Part shown: piece after piece, positions 62,727 to 64,000 of the stretch
Numbering within the stretch: position 1 is the stretch's first letter
How the letters are laid out: every line of letters starts with the position of its first letter
Origin: an uncultured virus (IMG/VR IMGVR_UViG_3300042453_001906)
Taxonomy: Duplodnaviria > Heunggongvirae > Uroviricota > Caudoviricetes
Direction: 5' to 3' (one strand)
Virus record (IMG/VR): IMGVR_UViG_3300042453_001906
Length of the DNA stretch: 64,000 bases
The notes under the pieces: generated by a model
Databases searched by the model: none
Seen by the model: only the letters and a program-made list of their open reading frames with translations
Told to the model about the DNA's origin: nothing
Program-made: the position numbers and the translations under genes

Positions 62727-63122
62727 TCAAGGAAGATCGTCAACAGCGGGAGTCCGTCCCGTCTGCTCGTACAGTCGCCACGCCTCACACCCACCGCAGC
62801 CCTTCTTGAACCGCTTGCACTTCGGACCCCACATCCGCTCCATGCCCTGCGGCGTGTGGTCGCTCGGCTCACACAGTTCGCAAGTGTCGTAGTCGGTGTC
62901 GTAAACGGGTTCGCCGCAGCAGCGGCACGGGTTCGCGTTGTCGTCCGAAACAGGCGCGTCCTTGCCCGACACGATGCCGTAGCAACGGCGGCACAGGGTC
63001 GCGCTCTCGCCCACATTGGCGGAAGCCACATCGCACGGCAGTTCTTCCACCACGCAACGCGCCTTCGCGTGGACGCGGCAACCGCAACTGTCACAGTGTT
63101 CGTATTTGCACATTTCTGTCAT
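62727..63122 (-). CDS. Cys-rich multi-zinc-finger protein
   Basis: Several CxxC pairs; GAGGAG RBS. Confidence 0.65.
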   Translation of the reverse strand: MTEMCKYEHCDSCGCRVHAKARCVVEELPCDVASANVGESATLCRRCYGIVSGKDAPVSDDNANPCRCCGEPVYDTDYDTCELCEPSDHTPQGMERMWGPKCKRFKKGCGGCEAWRLYEQTGRTPAVDDLP

Positions 63123-63132
63123 TCTCCTCTGT

Positions 63133-63351
63133 TTACTTGACCCGTTTCCAACCCCACTCCATCAGACTGTCCCATGTCCGCCGCGCTGCGTCCTTGGAGT
63201 AGATGCCGCTTGGCGGGATGTCAGGCAAGTCCTGCGTGTCGTTGCTCTGAATAATGATCTTGTCGTCTGCGGTATTTATCATGGAGACAAACACGGACGG
63301 AATGTCCTTGTTCACCAACACCCACTCCAATGGCGTGAACACTTCAGGCAT
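63133..63351 (-). CDS. Small protein paralogous to the C-terminal domain of the upstream gene
   Basis: GIYSKDAARRTWDSLMEWGW versus GIYTKDEARQTWNALVADGW; GGAG RBS. Confidence 0.65.
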   Translation of the reverse strand: MPEVFTPLEWVLVNKDIPSVFVSMINTADDKIIIQSNDTQDLPDIPPSGIYSKDAARRTWDSLMEWGWKRVK

Positions 63352-64000
63352 TGTTGGCTCCGTGCGTCTGCGACAGCACCCACCCGTCAGCGACCAGCGC
63401 GTTCCAAGTCTGACGCGCCTCGTCCTTTGTGTAGATGCCGTCCACATAGTTCTCGTCATCGGAGGTCAGCACGATGCGACCGTCTGTGGTGGTGTTCATC
63501 GTGAGGAACATCGCGTTCTTCACGAAAGTCCAACCCTGCGGCTTGCGCGGCGCAGCGGGAGCCGTGGGCGCAGCAGCACCACCGAGGTCTTCGGTGCTGA
63601 AGTAAATCCCCGTGGCAGTGTGCGTGGGGTCGCTCTTCAGAACGCCGTGGAACGAGTACACCCACTGCCTACGCAGCATCTCGTCAAACCGCTGCTGCGT
63701 GATGCTGGTGGCATCAAAGTACCACCGCTTGCTGTCGCCGCAGAACTTCGCGTTCAGCATCTTCGCAACATCCTTGTGTTCAAACGGAACCGCAAGGTAG
63801 ATGCGGAAGGGGTACGCGAGGTTGATGTCCGCGAGGTTCAGCGCGTATGCGTTGAACGCGGGAGCCTTGCGCTCACCCACGATCATTTCGTGATCGTTGA
63901 GCCACTTCACCGTTTCCGCCGTGAGGCGGTTCTGCGGCATCCACCACTTGATCTTGCCCTTCGCAGCGGGAACGAAACGCGCACCGCGACCCTTGGCTTC
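63344..64000 (-). CDS. DUF5710-like domain protein, 5' end outside the window
   Basis: IYLAVPFEHKDVAKMLNAKF....KRWY; frame open to 64000 with a second similar motif EAKGRGARF...KWW. Confidence 0.65.
   Translation of the reverse strand, partial: EAKGRGARFVPAAKGKIKWWMPQNRLTAETVKWLNDHEMIVGERKAPAFNAYALNLADINLAYPFRIYLAVPFEHKDVAKMLNAKFCGDSKRWYFDATSITQQRFDEMLRRQWVYSFHGVLKSDPTHTATGIYFSTEDLGGAAAPTAPAAPRKPQGWTFVKNAMFLTMNTTTDGRIVLTSDDENYVDGIYTKDEARQTWNALVADGWVLSQTHGANNA

Noticed and set aside
1..64000. Alternative genetic code (stop codon reassignment)
   Set aside because: Core genes translate full length in the standard code, TAA, TAG and TGA all act as stops, and no suppressor tRNA was found

Overview
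The window is part of a T4-like myovirus genome (T4-type gene set with cyanophage-like gene order, probably an uncultured environmental phage). Positions 1-48.3 kb hold the virion morphogenesis module. On the minus strand are gp3, gp23, gp22, gp21, gp20, gp19, gp18, gp17, gp16, gp15, gp14, gp13, four tail-fibre-like genes, a DUF4815/VrlC-like protein, gp8, gp7, gp6, gp25, PAAR, gp5, a hub protein, gp53 and gp48. A plus-strand block gp4-gp2-gp54-gp26-gp51-tape measure follows, then gp32 and gp33 on the minus strand. Positions 48.3-64 kb are an accessory region rich in RNA genes: seven ordinary CCA-less tRNAs, a tRNA-Ile(UAU), a non-canonical tRNA-Cys-like gene, a ~250-nt multi-hairpin non-coding element, an acceptor/T-arm minihelix, and a circularly permuted (two-piece) tmRNA with tag ANRLAMAA. 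The region also carries guaC, a zinc deaminase, a TraR-type zinc finger, a metallophosphoesterase and an array of small paralogous genes joined by a repeated junction that encodes both a C-terminal peptide and the next gene's ribosome-binding site. Further patterns are a probable -1 frameshift joining gp26 and gp51 ahead of the tape measure, many G-x-T motifs in virion-protein insertions, five sigma70-type promoters with 16-bp spacers, and a (C/A)TA(A/C)ATA late promoter. All calls come from reading the sequence by eye; no searches were run.
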